Assembly: GCA_964188305.1 (NCBI GenBank)
Contig: OZ076892.1
Length of the DNA: 64,000 nt
DNA from: Podarcis bocagei
Lineage: Eukaryota
Direction: 5' to 3' (one strand)
In this document: positions 27,160 through 39,921 of the stretch, in pieces
Numbering within the stretch: the first letter of the stretch is position 1
Layout: the number at the start of each line of letters is the position of its first letter
The notes under the pieces: model-generated
Told to the model about the DNA's origin: nothing
The model's input: the letters and a program-made list of their open reading frames with translations, nothing else
The model's database searches: none
Translations under genes and position numbers: made by a program

Positions 27160-27675
27160 TCACAATGGACCTAAGATCAGGCTCCATTCCCAAGGCCTGG
27201 AAAGTAGCCAATGTAACACCAAATTTAAAAAAGGGACTGGGGGAGAGGCAATCCTGGAAACTAAAAGCCAGTTAGCCTAACAACTGTTCCAGCAAAACTG
27301 GTGTAAAGCATATGAAAAAGCAAGTTTTGCTGAAGCAGAACTAGTAGGGTTTCCACAAACTCCTGTCTGACTAACCTTTCAGAGCTCTTTTGCAAGTGTC
27401 AATAAAACACATGGATGCAGGTGGCCTAGTCGACACTATGTGCTTTGATTTTTGAAATGCTTTTGATAAAGTCCTTCACTAAAGACTCTTGAGTGAGCTT
27501 AGCTCTCATGGAATAAGGAGACTGGTCCTCTTGTGAACAGGCAACCAGTTAAGGAACAGGAAGCCGAGAGTAGGCATAAACGGGCAGTTCTTTCAGTGGA
27601 GAGATGCATGAAATGGCATTCCTCAAGAATCAATATTGGGACTTGCACTTCTAAAGTTGCTAATAAATGACCTGA
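27160..27675 (+). mobile_element. Decayed CR1 reverse-transcriptase fragment
   Basis: Motifs with stops and frameshifts: GSIPKAWKVANVTP..KKG, KPVSLTTVP.KL, DF*NAFDKV.H, GIPQESILG....LINDL. Confidence 0.85.
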
Positions 27676-28663
27676 GCAGCCTTACAGCCTGTCTGGGCTT
27701 CCTGGAGAGACCATGTGATGTTGCATGGTTACTCCAAGAAGCCTTGCCAGGCTGGGATCATGTCTGCAAAGAGTCCTGCACCACTTTGAGCAACGATGGG
27801 ACTTAAAGAAAAGTTTGTACTAATTGAAAAGAACCTTCAGCTGTCTTGCTCAGTTCCAAAGCTGTATGCACACATAATGCCCTGTCCCTTGACATTTGTA
27901 TGCTTGTGTGTGAAGTTCTCCCACTCCCTGTGAAAGGTGCAAAGAAGTCCTGCTTTTGTAGGGAGAGGAGATTGTAGGGAGGAAAATAAGCAAGTGGGGT
28001 TCAGCCTAATATAAATGGCAATAGTGCATGCATGTGAATAAAAGAGAAATCTGAGAACTAGTAATTGATCAAAGGAGGAATGATAGAATACTTATGCAAT
28101 CAACCCCAGCCACAGCAGTGGAATTTATTTTCTTTTGCTGGTGATCTGGAAGAAGGGGAGTCAGCTCCCTCCTCAGTCTGCCCCCCACCCAAGTCCTCAG
28201 GCCACCCTTCTATCTTTTATAGACAGTGCCCTCCCTGTAAGTTTTTCAAGTTATTCTACACCCAGAATCAGCCACTAGCTCATTCTTTTTATTCATTTCC
28301 CCCTACACTGGTGAAAACTACAAAGAATATATTTTTTTGGAAGAAGAATCTCTGGTGAATTAGAAAGCAATCACTGCAAATTAGAATTTGATGAAACAAT
28401 AAGTCTCTTTATTAAGCCGTTCCAGGCTCATAGCTTAAAAAAACTCCTCATTTGTTGCTGGCTTCTAGGGAAGGGTTTAATCTTTCCCCTTCTTTATTTC
28501 ATTTTCTTTTGTTGCAAAGACATTTGCACACTCAACATTTTACCCCTTGCCTGTGGCAAAAAGAGGTAATTATGGCCTAGGCTGGGGCATGTGAGGCCTC
28601 AGCAAGCGATGCTGGGATTCCTGGAAAGACCTTGGCTTGGGATATTGGAGAATCTAGACCTTG

Positions 28664-29238
28664 GCATCTAGATCAAGGGAAGTAATAGTGCCACTGTATT
28701 CTGCTCTGGTCAGACCACACCTGGAGTACTGTGTCCAGTTCTGGGCACCACAATTCAAGAAGGACATTGACAAACTGGAACGTGTCCAGAGGAGGGCAAC
28801 CAAAATGGTCAAAGGCCTGGAAACGATGCCTTATGAGGAACGGCTAAGGGAGCTGGGCATGTTTAGCCTGGAGAAGAGGAGGTTAAGGGGTGATATGATA
28901 GCCATGTTCAAATATATAAAAGGATGTCACATAGAGGAGGGAGAAAGGTTGTTTTCTGCTGCTCCAGAGAAGCGGACACGGAGCAATGGATCCAAACTAC
29001 AAGAAAGAAGATTCCACCTAAACATTAGGAAGAACTTCCTGACAGTAAGAGCTGTTCGACAGTGGAATTTGCTGCCAAGGAGTGTGGTGGAGTCTCCTAC
29101 TTTGGAGGTCTTTAAGCAGAGGCTTGACAACCATATGTCAGGAGTGCTCTGATGGTGTTTCCTGCTTGGCAGGGGGTTGGACTCGATGGCCCTTGTGGTC
29201 TCTTCCAACTCTATGATTCTATGATTCTATGATTCTAT
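28664..29238 (+). mobile_element. Young CR1 LINE, 5'-truncated 3' end (ORF2 C-terminus plus 3' UTR)
   Basis: Uninterrupted ORF ...[38 protein letters not shown]...[14 protein letters not shown]; (ATTCTATG)n tail. Confidence 0.97.
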
Positions 29239-30701
29239 GAATCCTTGTCAGTCTAGGTTAGATGGAGAATTCCTGTCTTCTCTCATACTCACCCACCCAC
29301 CCCTGAAGCAAATAGGTCAGTGAACTCCAATGAGAACAGGAGCAGAAGAGGCTTATTTGCCCCTTGTCTGGAATGGAAATCAAGCCAGTAAATGCTATCG
29401 GTGTTTGTCGTCATCATTGCTCTCAGTCTGCAAATGATATGCAATTTATTATGCCCTCCTACGTCTGACTGGCACGGTGTTTCCTTTGCATTGAAATGAA
29501 TATGGTGGAGTAACATAAATACAGCGTGACTTATATAATTTGCATAATGCACATAAATTATGGAGTAAGTTATGTAAGTTTGTCCCAGTGGGCAAGGAGA
29601 CAAAGGGATGTGCATATTATGAATATGGGGCAGAACAAAAATAAATAAATGCCTTTTTACATCCTGAAAGGTAAACCTCCAAAATGGTAGGCTCATGCAG
29701 CTAGGACAAGCCTTGTCTGAACCTCTCCTGGCTACCCAATGCTGTTAAAAAGCAGCCATGGATCCTGACACGCACCTGCAGTACTACTGGTGGGAGCAAG
29801 GAGAGAAAGTTCACCTGCCCCACTGACACTTCCATTCCTGAATCTTTTGCCCTAAGGAGTCTTTGTGGTTTCTTTCTCTTTTTTCCTTTTTTGCAGGTGC
29901 AGCTGGTTCAAATCCCCCTGTTCAATGTAATGAAGACATGGCATGAAGGGATTTAACTGGCTGCAATAACATAAACATGGTGTGTGTGTGTTGGGAAGCA
30001 GTTAGGGATGGAGGTAGTGGAGGCTGGTTCACTAGAGAGAATGGGGCACTGCCTCACCACCTCAGTCTGCCTCTAGCCAGCCCCAGCCCACCTGCCAGCT
30101 TTCTTACTTACAACCATTCCAGGTGTGGCCCTGACTGTCAGCTTCTCTCTTCTCAGTCTCAGTGCTGCTCTTGTGGAACTAAGCAGGGAGAAGGATGGGA
30201 GACAAAACTAGAGTTATAATTGTCTCCGGCAGCCATTTGCTGTGGCCCCACCTCCTGTTTCCTTCCCTGCCTTCTGCCCCATCAGCCACCTCTGGAGACT
30301 GGAGGATTTGTTTTGGTTCACATTTTTAATCTGTGGATCAGAACATAGTTATCCTATGGCTATCACACTCTTAGGGATTTTGTGATACACTTCTAGGCTA
30401 CAAAACAAACAAACAAATTGAATTAAAACTGCATATGGGGGGCAGGAAGGGTCACAAACTCTTTGCCCTGTGCTCTGGTGACAATTCCGCTTGCCCCGAT
30501 AGTGCTGGAGCAAGGGTTCAACCAAACCTGGTGCTCTCCAGATGTTTCGGAGAATAACTCCGAAACACCCCAGCCAGTGTGGCTGATGGGTGATGTAGTC
30601 CAAAACATCTGGTTGCCAGGTGGGCAAAGCTTGGATTAGATTCACATGCCACAGGACCAATTCAGGGTGCCCCAACTCCTGAAGTAGCTTTGGGCTGGGG
30701 A

Positions 30702-30705
<4 letters not shown>

Positions 30706-30748
<43 letters not shown>
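30706..30748. repeat. (TA)n microsatellite
   Basis: Directly visible. Confidence 0.95.
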
Positions 30749-30750
<2 letters not shown>

Positions 30751-31669
30751 CATACAATCTTGTTATGTCTATTTTACATCTGAGTGGAATGCAAATTGGG
30801 ATTAAGTGACATGCCTCCCCCAAGGAGTTTGTATCAAAGATTTCTTATATGCCAAACCCAGAGGTTGCCCAAGCTGCCAGAACTCTCTCTTCCCCCACCC
30901 TCCGCCTCTTTCTGTCTTGTTTTCTTCTATTTCCCCTCCTCCCCATCACTACCTATGTATGCTGGGAAGTCAGAAAAACTCACATGCTAAGTTAATGTAG
31001 CTGGAGCTAGCTGGCGTGTAATTTAATTACAGCATGCTTAAAAGATTATATCTATGATTAACAGAATTTATATGGATTAGCGCTGGCTGGGTTTTAAACT
31101 GCTGCCAAAGCTCCAGGAAGCAGGGAAGCAACTGGCAACATGTTGTGGAAACTGTAAAAGGCTGTTTGGGGTCTGGCGGTGACTTTTTCATTGAGGACAC
31201 TTTGACTTGATTCAGATGATCTGAGCGGGGAGAGTGTGTTGGGTGCGGCGCTCGGGATGGGAAAGAAATTTGGTTCAATTTGCATTTAAAAGCAAATCTA
31301 GCTAATCTGCAGTTTTTGAAACAATACATGATTCAAAACACGTCAGTTCTTCAAAATTTGCGCTTCTCTGAATTTTGCAGTGCGGTTCTCCAGCCAAGTA
31401 ATGTGTATGGAAGGAAATATGCAGTTTTTATTTGCCACCCTCCCACAAATTATTAGGATGGTGCATAGCAATATAGAAACATTTTTTTTAAAAAAAGTAT
31501 TAAAAGTAGCACAGAACAATCATTAAAACAGCTGGCTACTCAAGAAACATTTAAACTTTAAATTGAATGCTTCTTGGGAGGTGGGTGTATATGGTTGTTA
31601 TATGTATTTTTAAAAAACTAAAAAAGAAGGAGGTTAAAGACAATTGGACTCTCCTTTCTGTTAGGTTTC

Positions 31670-31946
31670 TGTTATGCCACTGTGCAGTGCTTGGAGTCAC
31701 AAGACTCTGTTTACATTCCAGACTGTTGGAAGTCTCATGGGAGACGGATGTTGATGTTACTGGTTTCCTGTTTCTTTGTTCCAGTTGGTTCTGTGTCTTT
31801 CACAGAGAGCAGATGCATATTCTCTTCTGTCCTGTGTAGTAAGCAATAAAATGTAGCAATGTAGCTCATTTTTCTGCTGCCTGTTTGTATACTCTGCGTA
31901 ATGGGAACGTGCCTGATGCCTCATTAAATGCTTAGGTCGTTAATCA
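31670..31946 (+). mobile_element. Possible short solo LTR
   Basis: Starts TGTTA and ends TAATCA (degenerate TAACA); internal AATAAA near 31845 preceded by a T/C-rich tract; no clean TSD. Confidence 0.3.
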
Positions 31947-31964
31947 CCGTCGGAGGAGGAGAGC

Positions 31965-32462
31965 CTGATGGATTCTGAAGTACAAAGAGGAGGAGAGCTA
32001 TTTCAGTTCGGTCGTACTGAACTTCCGACACTTCCTTGGAGGTTTTTAAGCAGACTTTGGTTGGCCAACTGTCATGATGCTTTAGCTGAGTTTCCTGCAT
32101 TGCCGGAGGTTGGACAAGATGACCCTAGGGGTCCCTTCCAACTCAACAATTCTATGATTCTATGATTGCTGAACTGCAGAATTCACAACTGCAACTTGTT
32201 GCTGATGGCTGCCAAATGACAAATTCATGGAGGAGAAATGCATCAATAGCTCCGATTGCTGGCAATATGCTACTGTCAGGATCAGAGGCAGTCTGTCTCC
32301 AAATGCTTGTTGCCGGGAATCACAAGTGCAGAGAGTTCTGCTGTGCTCAGGTCCTGCTTGTGAAGTTCCCACAGGATCTGGTTGTTGGCCACTGTGGGAA
32401 CAGCATGTTGGAGTAGATGGGCCTTTGGTCTGATTCAGCAGGGGCTCTTCCTACATTTTTAT
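31965..32462 (+). mobile_element. Two adjacent decayed CR1 3' ends of different subfamilies
   Basis: First ends GGTCCCTTCCAACTCAACAATTCTATGATTCTATGA (~32166); second carries the GACAAATTCATGGAGGAG...GGCCACTGTGGGAACAGCATG 3' UTR. Confidence 0.75.
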
Positions 32463-33226
32463 GCAGCGTTGAAAGAAAGAAAAAAGAGAGGGAGTTTAAC
32501 ACAAGGAAGCAGTTTAGCAATTACTGCCTTATTGGTCCTCAGCAGTTTTGCAAGCCATCCTGGTTCGTAGCAGGATGCTGGAGCTAATGGGGAGCACACT
32601 GACTGTCACAGAACACACTAGTGCAGCAGTAATTAAATGCACTCTTATCGGTGCGGTCGCTTAAGTTAATGTGTCACATTATAAAGTGTGAGCAATTTTC
32701 CTTACTTTTAATGCTCTCAGTAAAAGTTCCCCGGAGCCGAGATGAAGTGTATGATGATAAATTTTAAAGCTCTTTCCCCATAGTTCTGCCTCCTCTGTGC
32801 TCTGCGTGGCTCAGAGGCAAGTAAAGTTTGGTCCAAGGTGGAGAAGGCAAGTAGATTAACGAAATGATGGTGAGGAGGGGAGGGGAGGAAGAAAAATCCA
32901 CATCAAATGGATGGCAACTACTTTCGAGGTCTTTTGCTTTTAGGCAGAAATGACTTTGCCCTAAAATCTCTCCACTTTGCCAGAGAGAAGAGAAACAATT
33001 TTTCTCAACAGGGAGGAATGTGCATTTAAATAAGAAAGGACATTACAATGACCATTTCTATTCAGGCCAGCATTAAAAAAAAAGGTGGCTCTTGGAATAG
33101 GACCCATTAGATGATGCATTTAATTTACACATCAAAAGATTTGTTCTGGCCTGGCTTTCTCCTTTTACTTTTCTCTTAAGATAAAAGTATACAATAGAAA
33201 AGGCATTTTCAAAGTGAAAATTATTT

Positions 33227-33290
33227 TTCCTTCCTTCCTTCCTTCCTTCCTTCCTTCCTTCCTTCCTTCCTTCCTTCCTTCCTTCCTTCC
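33227..33290. repeat. (TTCC)n microsatellite
   Basis: Directly visible; source of the GRKE repeats in the ORF track. Confidence 0.97.
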
Positions 33291-33399
33291 CAAAGTATAC
33301 CACATGACACCCAGCAACTAAATTTCCATCTTTTGCAATGGATGCCATACTTATAGTATGCAAAATCAAAACCTAAATTACAGGCATGCATTCTTGCAT

Positions 33400-33485
33400 A
33401 TTTTCCCCCAAAATATAGTCCAGCCCCCCACAAAGTCTGAGGGACAGTGGACCAGCCCCCTGCTGAAAAAGTTTGCTGACCCCTG
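33400..33485 (+). mobile_element. Right end of a hAT-Charlie-type element (OposCharlie1-like terminus)
   Basis: GTCTGAGGGACAGTGGACCAGCCCCCTGCTGAAAAAGTTTGCTGACCCCTG ends in a CAGGGGTC-type TIR; family assignment is from memory of the OC1 terminus. Confidence 0.55.
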
Positions 33486-36400
33486 CCCTATAACATAGGA
33501 TCGAACATAGATATCAATGACCAACATTTTGTGTAGGGCTCTGGCTAAGCAATGTGTGATCTCTTGTAAGGAACGTCACTGGCCAGGTAAAAACTTATTT
33601 ATTGTACTAGAAATTGATAAACTTTCTAGGGAAATTAAAAAAACTTAGGTTTGAGCTTGCCTTTCTTTCTTTCCTCCCTCTCTCCTCTTCTTTTTCCTCA
33701 TATGACATTTCTTCTTAGATTGGAAGCTTTAGACAGGCACTGTCTTAGAAAGGACTTTTGGAAATCATTCCTGAGACCTTTTCCCCTCAGGGTATAAATG
33801 CTGTAAATAAATAAAAAATGGGTGCTGAGCACGCCTTTCCTTTAGCTGGGCAATTCAATCCAAGCTGAGAATCCTGCAGTCAGGGTGTCTTGGCTAGTGC
33901 AGATACTTTTAAAAGACCCCAGCCTAAGGTCCATGTAATCCAGCATTGTAGTTCCACCAGTCAGCCAATGGATGTACTGTATATGGGGCTGGAATACCAG
34001 TAGCTGAGAATCGTAGGAGGGGAGAGTGGTTGTGTGTTCAGGTCTTGCTTGTGGGCTTCCCACAGGCATCTGATTGGCCGCTATGTGAATGGGATGCCAG
34101 ATGGACCTGATTCAGCACTGCTGTTTGTAGACTGGACTTCTCATGCACCTCTTTGTCTTTTTACCTTTCAGCATTGCACCGCAGTTGGGTCTGTGAGAGT
34201 TGGAAGCCAGGCAATTCATTACTCCTTTTATGAAATCTATGTCCAGAGGAAGTGCTTGCCCTGATGGTCCATTCATTCCATCAGCTGCTGCCCTCTATTT
34301 GAGTTCCAGGGAACCACAAAAAAGAACAAAAAAGAAAGAAAGAGGGAATTTAAAAAGAACAGCCCTCGGCATGCTCATAAGAGGCCATTTCAAAATCTAA
34401 TTCCCTTTTGCTTCTTCCGTGGAGCAGCTCAGCCCTCTTCCACTGACTTTTAAGGTCATTAGCTGGAGCCAATGTGTGGACCTCGACTCCCTAATGACTT
34501 CCAATAGACTAATTACCCTATTGATTGATAGCCTAATCGTTGCTACTGTGACCAGTAATGATAGTCTTAAGTCCAAGAGCTGGGAGCAAAAGGACAGCTA
34601 CAGAATGTAGGATGAAGAGGGGAGAAGTGATCAGGGATGCCTTGGAGACAAATTGCTGGGGGCAGGGTGGTAGAGAGCCATCTAGCATAGAGTTCGCAAT
34701 GTGACCTACATAGATACCTCCAAATTATTCTGGGATCTGAGCAGCCAAGCAAAAGTTAATTAGATTACACTTTATTTTACAGAGAGGTCGAAGTCTTTGA
34801 ACGTGTATTGATGGGGGACCTTTAGCCTTCTGCTTGGGACAGCAACCTGCAGAGAGATAGTGGAGGACAAAGAGGTGGGCAGGAACATGTTACCATTGCA
34901 CCCAGTAACCTCTGTGTAATGACAGCAACCCTCTATGGCTTAGAGAAGTATTAGTCAGGACAGCCTGTCTTGGAATAGGGGCAGGGCTCTTTCCTAAATT
35001 CTCTACATCTTCACCAGTTTCCTTCCTGGTTTTTAGGATTCTGAATTCCTTGAAAACACAAGGGCTTTGTATGAAGAACAAAAGAGCCTGCTGGATCAAG
35101 CCAATGACCATCTAATCCAGCTTCTGTTCTTATAGCAGCCAACTTGATTTCTGCAGGAAACGGACAAATATGACTCTGTCCTCCTGTGGCTTCCGGTGAC
35201 ATTTCTGAAGCTTTATTGCCTCCAACCATCAAAGGCATAACCTAAGTTCTGAAGAGGGTTTCAAACAATGGTTTGTTGAACATGCTTTGAAAACTTCCCT
35301 GCCCTTGGGAATCCTGTCTTATCAAGGATGGTCATGGGAATGTTTCTAAGCATGTCCAACTAAATGCTGTTAGAAACCCTCTTTAGACCTTTGCATCAAT
35401 CACCAGAAAGTCTGGAAAGATGCTTTGATGTCTGTGGGTGTGGAGGGGTGGGGGTTGAATTGGCACTCCCGTGCCTGGCCATGGTTTAAGCCAGGAGGTC
35501 ACCTAAATTAGTGCCGTGCCCAAATCCATCCTCCTGTATTTCACAGGTTTTCCTTCCCTGTGAAAGAAGCTTGTTTTTTTCTGCCTCATTCTCAGGGTAC
35601 TTGAGAATTTCTTTAGAAATGTAGTAGGTACTGGGTTTCAACTGACTTTATTATTGTACGATGACTGAGGGTGGTGGGCGGGCTTCTATTTCTAAGTCTC
35701 TGTTTTGTACAAACGACCCCAGCAACCCTTGTATCCTTAGTTTGCTATGTGGAGGGGATCATGTAAGCAGCATCCACCTGCAATCTCAAGTGATTCGGCC
35801 CTACACAGGTTTACCTCTTCAATGAGAACTAGGCCACCATCATAACAACTTTCTTTTATTGTGGTTTTTTTAAATGCTTGTGCAATAACAGGCAGTGAAT
35901 TTAAAGGATGGAAGCTAGCGGGTAGGCCACTGATTAAAAGAAACACTAAACAAATATTGTCTCTGCTTAGAAGCTGGATGACATGGTTCCAACATTTATA
36001 ATGAACAAGGAGGGGAAAGAATGTTTTTTTAAAAACAAAAAATAAAGATAGCTCTGGTTGCCTAGAAACCAATGCTTGTAAGCACCTCTAAGTAATTATG
36101 AGGCAAGGAATAACTCTTCCGCACTGAGCAGGTGGTGGGTGAATCGGAAATCCATCCGTGTTGCTTCTGAGAGGGTGTGATATGATGTTATTCTCAGCAT
36201 ATTCCCATTTAACCAGGTTGGTCCTAGAAGCTAAAATGCCAAGGGAGTCACAGGGAAGCTACTCTGCCATAAACCTGCCAAGGCCTTACCCTGCCCCCCA
36301 TCCTGATGCCCATTTCTGTTCATCAGGGTAGTCTGTTACTAAGGCAACAGAAGCCAAAAGGTATCATTTTGGAGTTCCCACAATGTTTAAAGGGGTCACT

Positions 36401-37215
36401 TGAGGATGGGGGAAGAAATGAATTTGCAAAACAGGCTACAAAAGCAATTAAGCTTACTAATAGGTGGGGAGGGACTTGATATAGAGTAATATGAACATGA
36501 ATAGTGTGGAGAGAATAACTTTCCCCCTCATTCTTCCATAATAGAGAAGGCAGGTGAAAAAGAAGACCTTTCCTACATCTTTCAGCAGGGGGAGTTCTAC
36601 ACAACTGGTAGTTGTGTAGTATCACCTGACACTTTCCTTAAAGTCATCCGCTTATTGTTTTAAACTGTTTTCATATTTTGAGTTGACATTCTAATTTTTT
36701 AATATATGAAATTCCTTTAACAGTTGTTCTATACATACTTGTTTTCTAGATGTTATTGTACATCGCTGTGGGAAGCCTTATGGGCTCCTCATACATAAAT
36801 GAAATAAGTACATAATGTGTATTCCTAGTACTGCGTAGTAACTCGCAGGCTCCATCCTTTGTCCTCCTTAAAGTGAAAAAGCAATTGCAGAGCCTGGGAA
36901 CACATGAAGGACTAACAGTAGCTGTTGTTTCTTGTTAATCTGGAATCCTGACCTCTCCATTTCCCAACACAGAAGTGGGTAAGCTCAGGGACAGGGCCCC
37001 AAAATGCCACCCACCTCTCTATTGAGCTTTTGGGACTCTTCTCAGGCCACACCCCCTCCCCAGACACTCCACTCATTCGCCTTGCTTCACATCTTCAAGT
37101 GTTTTTGCCTGGCTAGGACATGTCTCTGAATTCTGATAAAGTATCTTATTAGCATTAATGTGGGATCAAGTTGAGAAAATAGCCTACTGCAAAAAGGTAA
37201 CATGTATATCCATTG

Positions 37216-37571
37216 TGTTGGAGGAGACTCTTGAGAGTCACATGGACTTCAAGAAGATCAAACCTCTCAATTCTTAAGTAAATCAGCCCTGAGTGCTCAC
37301 TGGGAGGACAGATCGTGAAGCTGAGGCTCCAATACTTTGGCCACCTCATGAGAAGAGAAGACTCCCTGGAAAAGACCCTGATGTTGGGAAAGATTGAAGG
37401 CCCAAGGAGAAGGGGACGACAGAGGACGAGATGGTTGGACAGTGTTCTCGAAGCTACCAGCATGAGTTTGACCAAACTGCGGGAGGCTGTGGAAGACAGG
37501 AGTGCCTGGCATGCTCTGGTCCATGGGGTCACGAAGAGTCGGACACAACTAAACGACTAAACAACAACAAC
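37216..37571 (+). mobile_element. BovB (RTE) LINE 3' end, 5'-truncated
   Basis: KLRLQYFGHLMRREDSLEKTLMLGKIEG.RRRGRQRTRWLD..VHGVTKSRTQL is the BovB C-terminus; (CAA)n tail; TSD ATATCCATTG (37206-37215) / ATATTCATTG (37572-37581). Confidence 0.95.
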
Positions 37572-39296
37572 ATATTCATTGCGGAGCCCAGTTTTGTCTC
37601 TGGCCCCACCCACCAATGGCATGTGGCCCTTGGCCTGTCAAGGTTCCCTGCCTCTGCTGTCCCAAAATAAATATGTCTGATATCTTTGGGTTCTGCTTTG
37701 CAACTGCTCCACTGGGAGAGAAAGCCACACCCTTCATGCTCCAGAACTCACAGAACATCTTGCCAGCTACTCCAATTAGCAGTCCAGGCAGGTAGCCTGA
37801 CCGAGCTCAGCCCTCGACTTTCTCTTCTCTCTAATTTGCTACAGAAGTGAAGCAAATTGCTAATAACCCTTCCAGATGGCTGGCACGTGAACATATTACC
37901 TTCCAGCCTGCAATTAGGCTACAGAGTTTGGTGCTCGCGCAGAGACCATTCTGCACTCCCCTCCCCACCAACGCCCTGATCTGATAGTTTTTGTCTGCAA
38001 TTGCTGGCAAATCCCGTCTGCGGGAGGAGGACAAAATGCTGGCTGCCTCTTGAAAGGGCCATTATTGGAGCTGGCTTTGTCAATATCTTTCTGCATTTGC
38101 CACAATGTGCTTCTGGCCGAATTGACAGGAAGTAGGTTTTGCCAAGTCAGATAAACCAGAGGGTACTGTTTGATAGTGTGTGTGGAGACAGCACCACTTG
38201 GAACAATTGCAGTTCCCTCCTAGAGTTTCAGTTTGCTTTGAGAGACGAATGTGTTCCCTGCAGATGACACAGGGGCAAAATGAAGAACATGCCTGAGATA
38301 ATCCGATCGAAACTCCTCTCAGACTTATTGAGATCTTTGCTGAGATAGCATGATGATGTGGTGCACTTTGCTTACATCTGCTTACAATGCACTAAGCTCT
38401 GGATTGCTATTAGGTTTACCAGTCATCGGTGCACTAGAACAGAAAGCCTTCTGTACATGCCATTCCTTCAGCCACTGCATCATGAAAGAGTTACCTGTCA
38501 AGCATACAGTATTTATTAGGGGTGTGCATCAGCTCTGTGTTGGAGCCAACTAATGAGGTGAATCAGGGTGATGTGGAGGCCTTTATGACCCTTCCAAGCT
38601 GTAGTACAATTTAATACTGCCTATCCCCCTGCACCCCTGCACACACTGAGTTGGATCAGGGCCTCCACATAGCTTCATGTCACTCTGTTGCTTCTGTGCT
38701 TTTATATACCTTATGTTTTCCTTGTCTTTATGTTTATCTAGATCCATAGGCTTTGCAAGAAGTGAGATTGCCCAAAATGTTGTTAACAAACATCAACAGA
38801 AGATATTAATTTTTTAAAAGTAAGAGCTTCGTTTAAGTTTCTAAATTAAAAACAACCACCACCTGCTTTAAGAAAAATGGGAAAGATAAACAGCTCTTCA
38901 TAACTCCACAGGCAGCATTCTAGACAGCCTCATGCTGTAAGGCCCACTGGAGGACACAAACAAGAAAACACACAATTCAGCCATCTCTTAAGTTTCTTAA
39001 GGCAAGAAAGAGCAGGAGGAACACCTTCCTCATAAGAGTTTATGAAGGAAAGTGATTCCCTTTTACTTCCCTCATAAAAAGGCCCTGGACCTATTTGTCC
39101 ACAATTTTTTAAAAAATCATACACTGGGATGGGGATCCTGTGCCTGTCAATTTCAGCAACTTTGACAAAAAAGAAAGAAAAAAAGTGGGTTGTAATTTTG
39201 ACAGCGTAGGAAGTTGCCTAGACCACTCGTCCATCTACAATAGGTCTGTTATATGAACTGCAGTTACTATAACAGACTGAGGTTTCAATTTGAGGA

Positions 39297-39439
39297 CCAC
39301 TGAGCCTCTTGGGCTTGCAGATCAGAAGGTCAGTGGTTCGAATCCCTGCAATGAAGTGAGCTCCCATTGCTCTGTCCCAGCTCCTGCCAACCTAGCAGTT
39401 TGAAAGCATGCCAGTGCAAGTAGATAAATAGGTACTGCT
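39297..39439 (+). mobile_element. Sauria SINE 5' fragment
   Basis: GATCAGAAGGTCAGTGGTTCGAATCCC...CCTGCCAACCTAGCAGTTTGAAAGCATGCCAGTGCAAGTAGATAAATAGGTAC. Confidence 0.85.
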
Positions 39440-39600
39440 TGGGGCAGTCCCTGGTGAGAGCATGCCACTCAAATAAACACAGTGTCTAACAAATGAGCAA
39501 ATATTTCACTGGTTGCAATTTAAGATGGAAACCTTAACTAAAGTGGGTGTTCCCAGGTATAGCTGAAGGTAAGAGACCATTCCTTCACATCTACTTAGGG

Positions 39601-39921
39601 CAGGGGTCTGCAACCCGTGTGGCTCTTTTACACCTTTGCCGCAGCTCCGGGGCGGATACTAGCAAGGGGAGGAGGCGCATTGTGAGCCCTGACACTCCCC
39701 ACTGTGGCGGGCGCTGTACTGGCTGTACATGACGTTGCATGGGGGCGGTGCATGCGTTAGTCATGCACCGTCCCGACGTCACCTTCCCGCCCGCTGTCAG
39801 ATCGCGGCTCCGGAGATATATTTGTTTTAAATGTCGCAGTGGTTTTGCGGCTCCCAGGTTTTTTCCCCCTTCGGAAACGGGTCCAAGTGGCTCTTTTTGT
39901 CTTAAAGGTTGCAGACCCCTG
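39601..39921. mobile_element. Intact non-autonomous hAT (Charlie/Buster-type) MITE, 321 bp
   Basis: Perfect 15-bp TIR CAGGGGTCTGCAACC; perfect 8-bp TSD ACTTAGGG (39593-39600, 39922-39929) with central TA; subterminal GTGGCTCTTTT near both ends; CpG-rich interior. Confidence 0.95.

Noticed and set aside
28661-29152. 163-aa ORF (and the 154-aa ORF at 48604-49068) as host genes
   Set aside because: Both are CR1 ORF2 C-terminal fragments, 5'-truncated and lacking the RT core.
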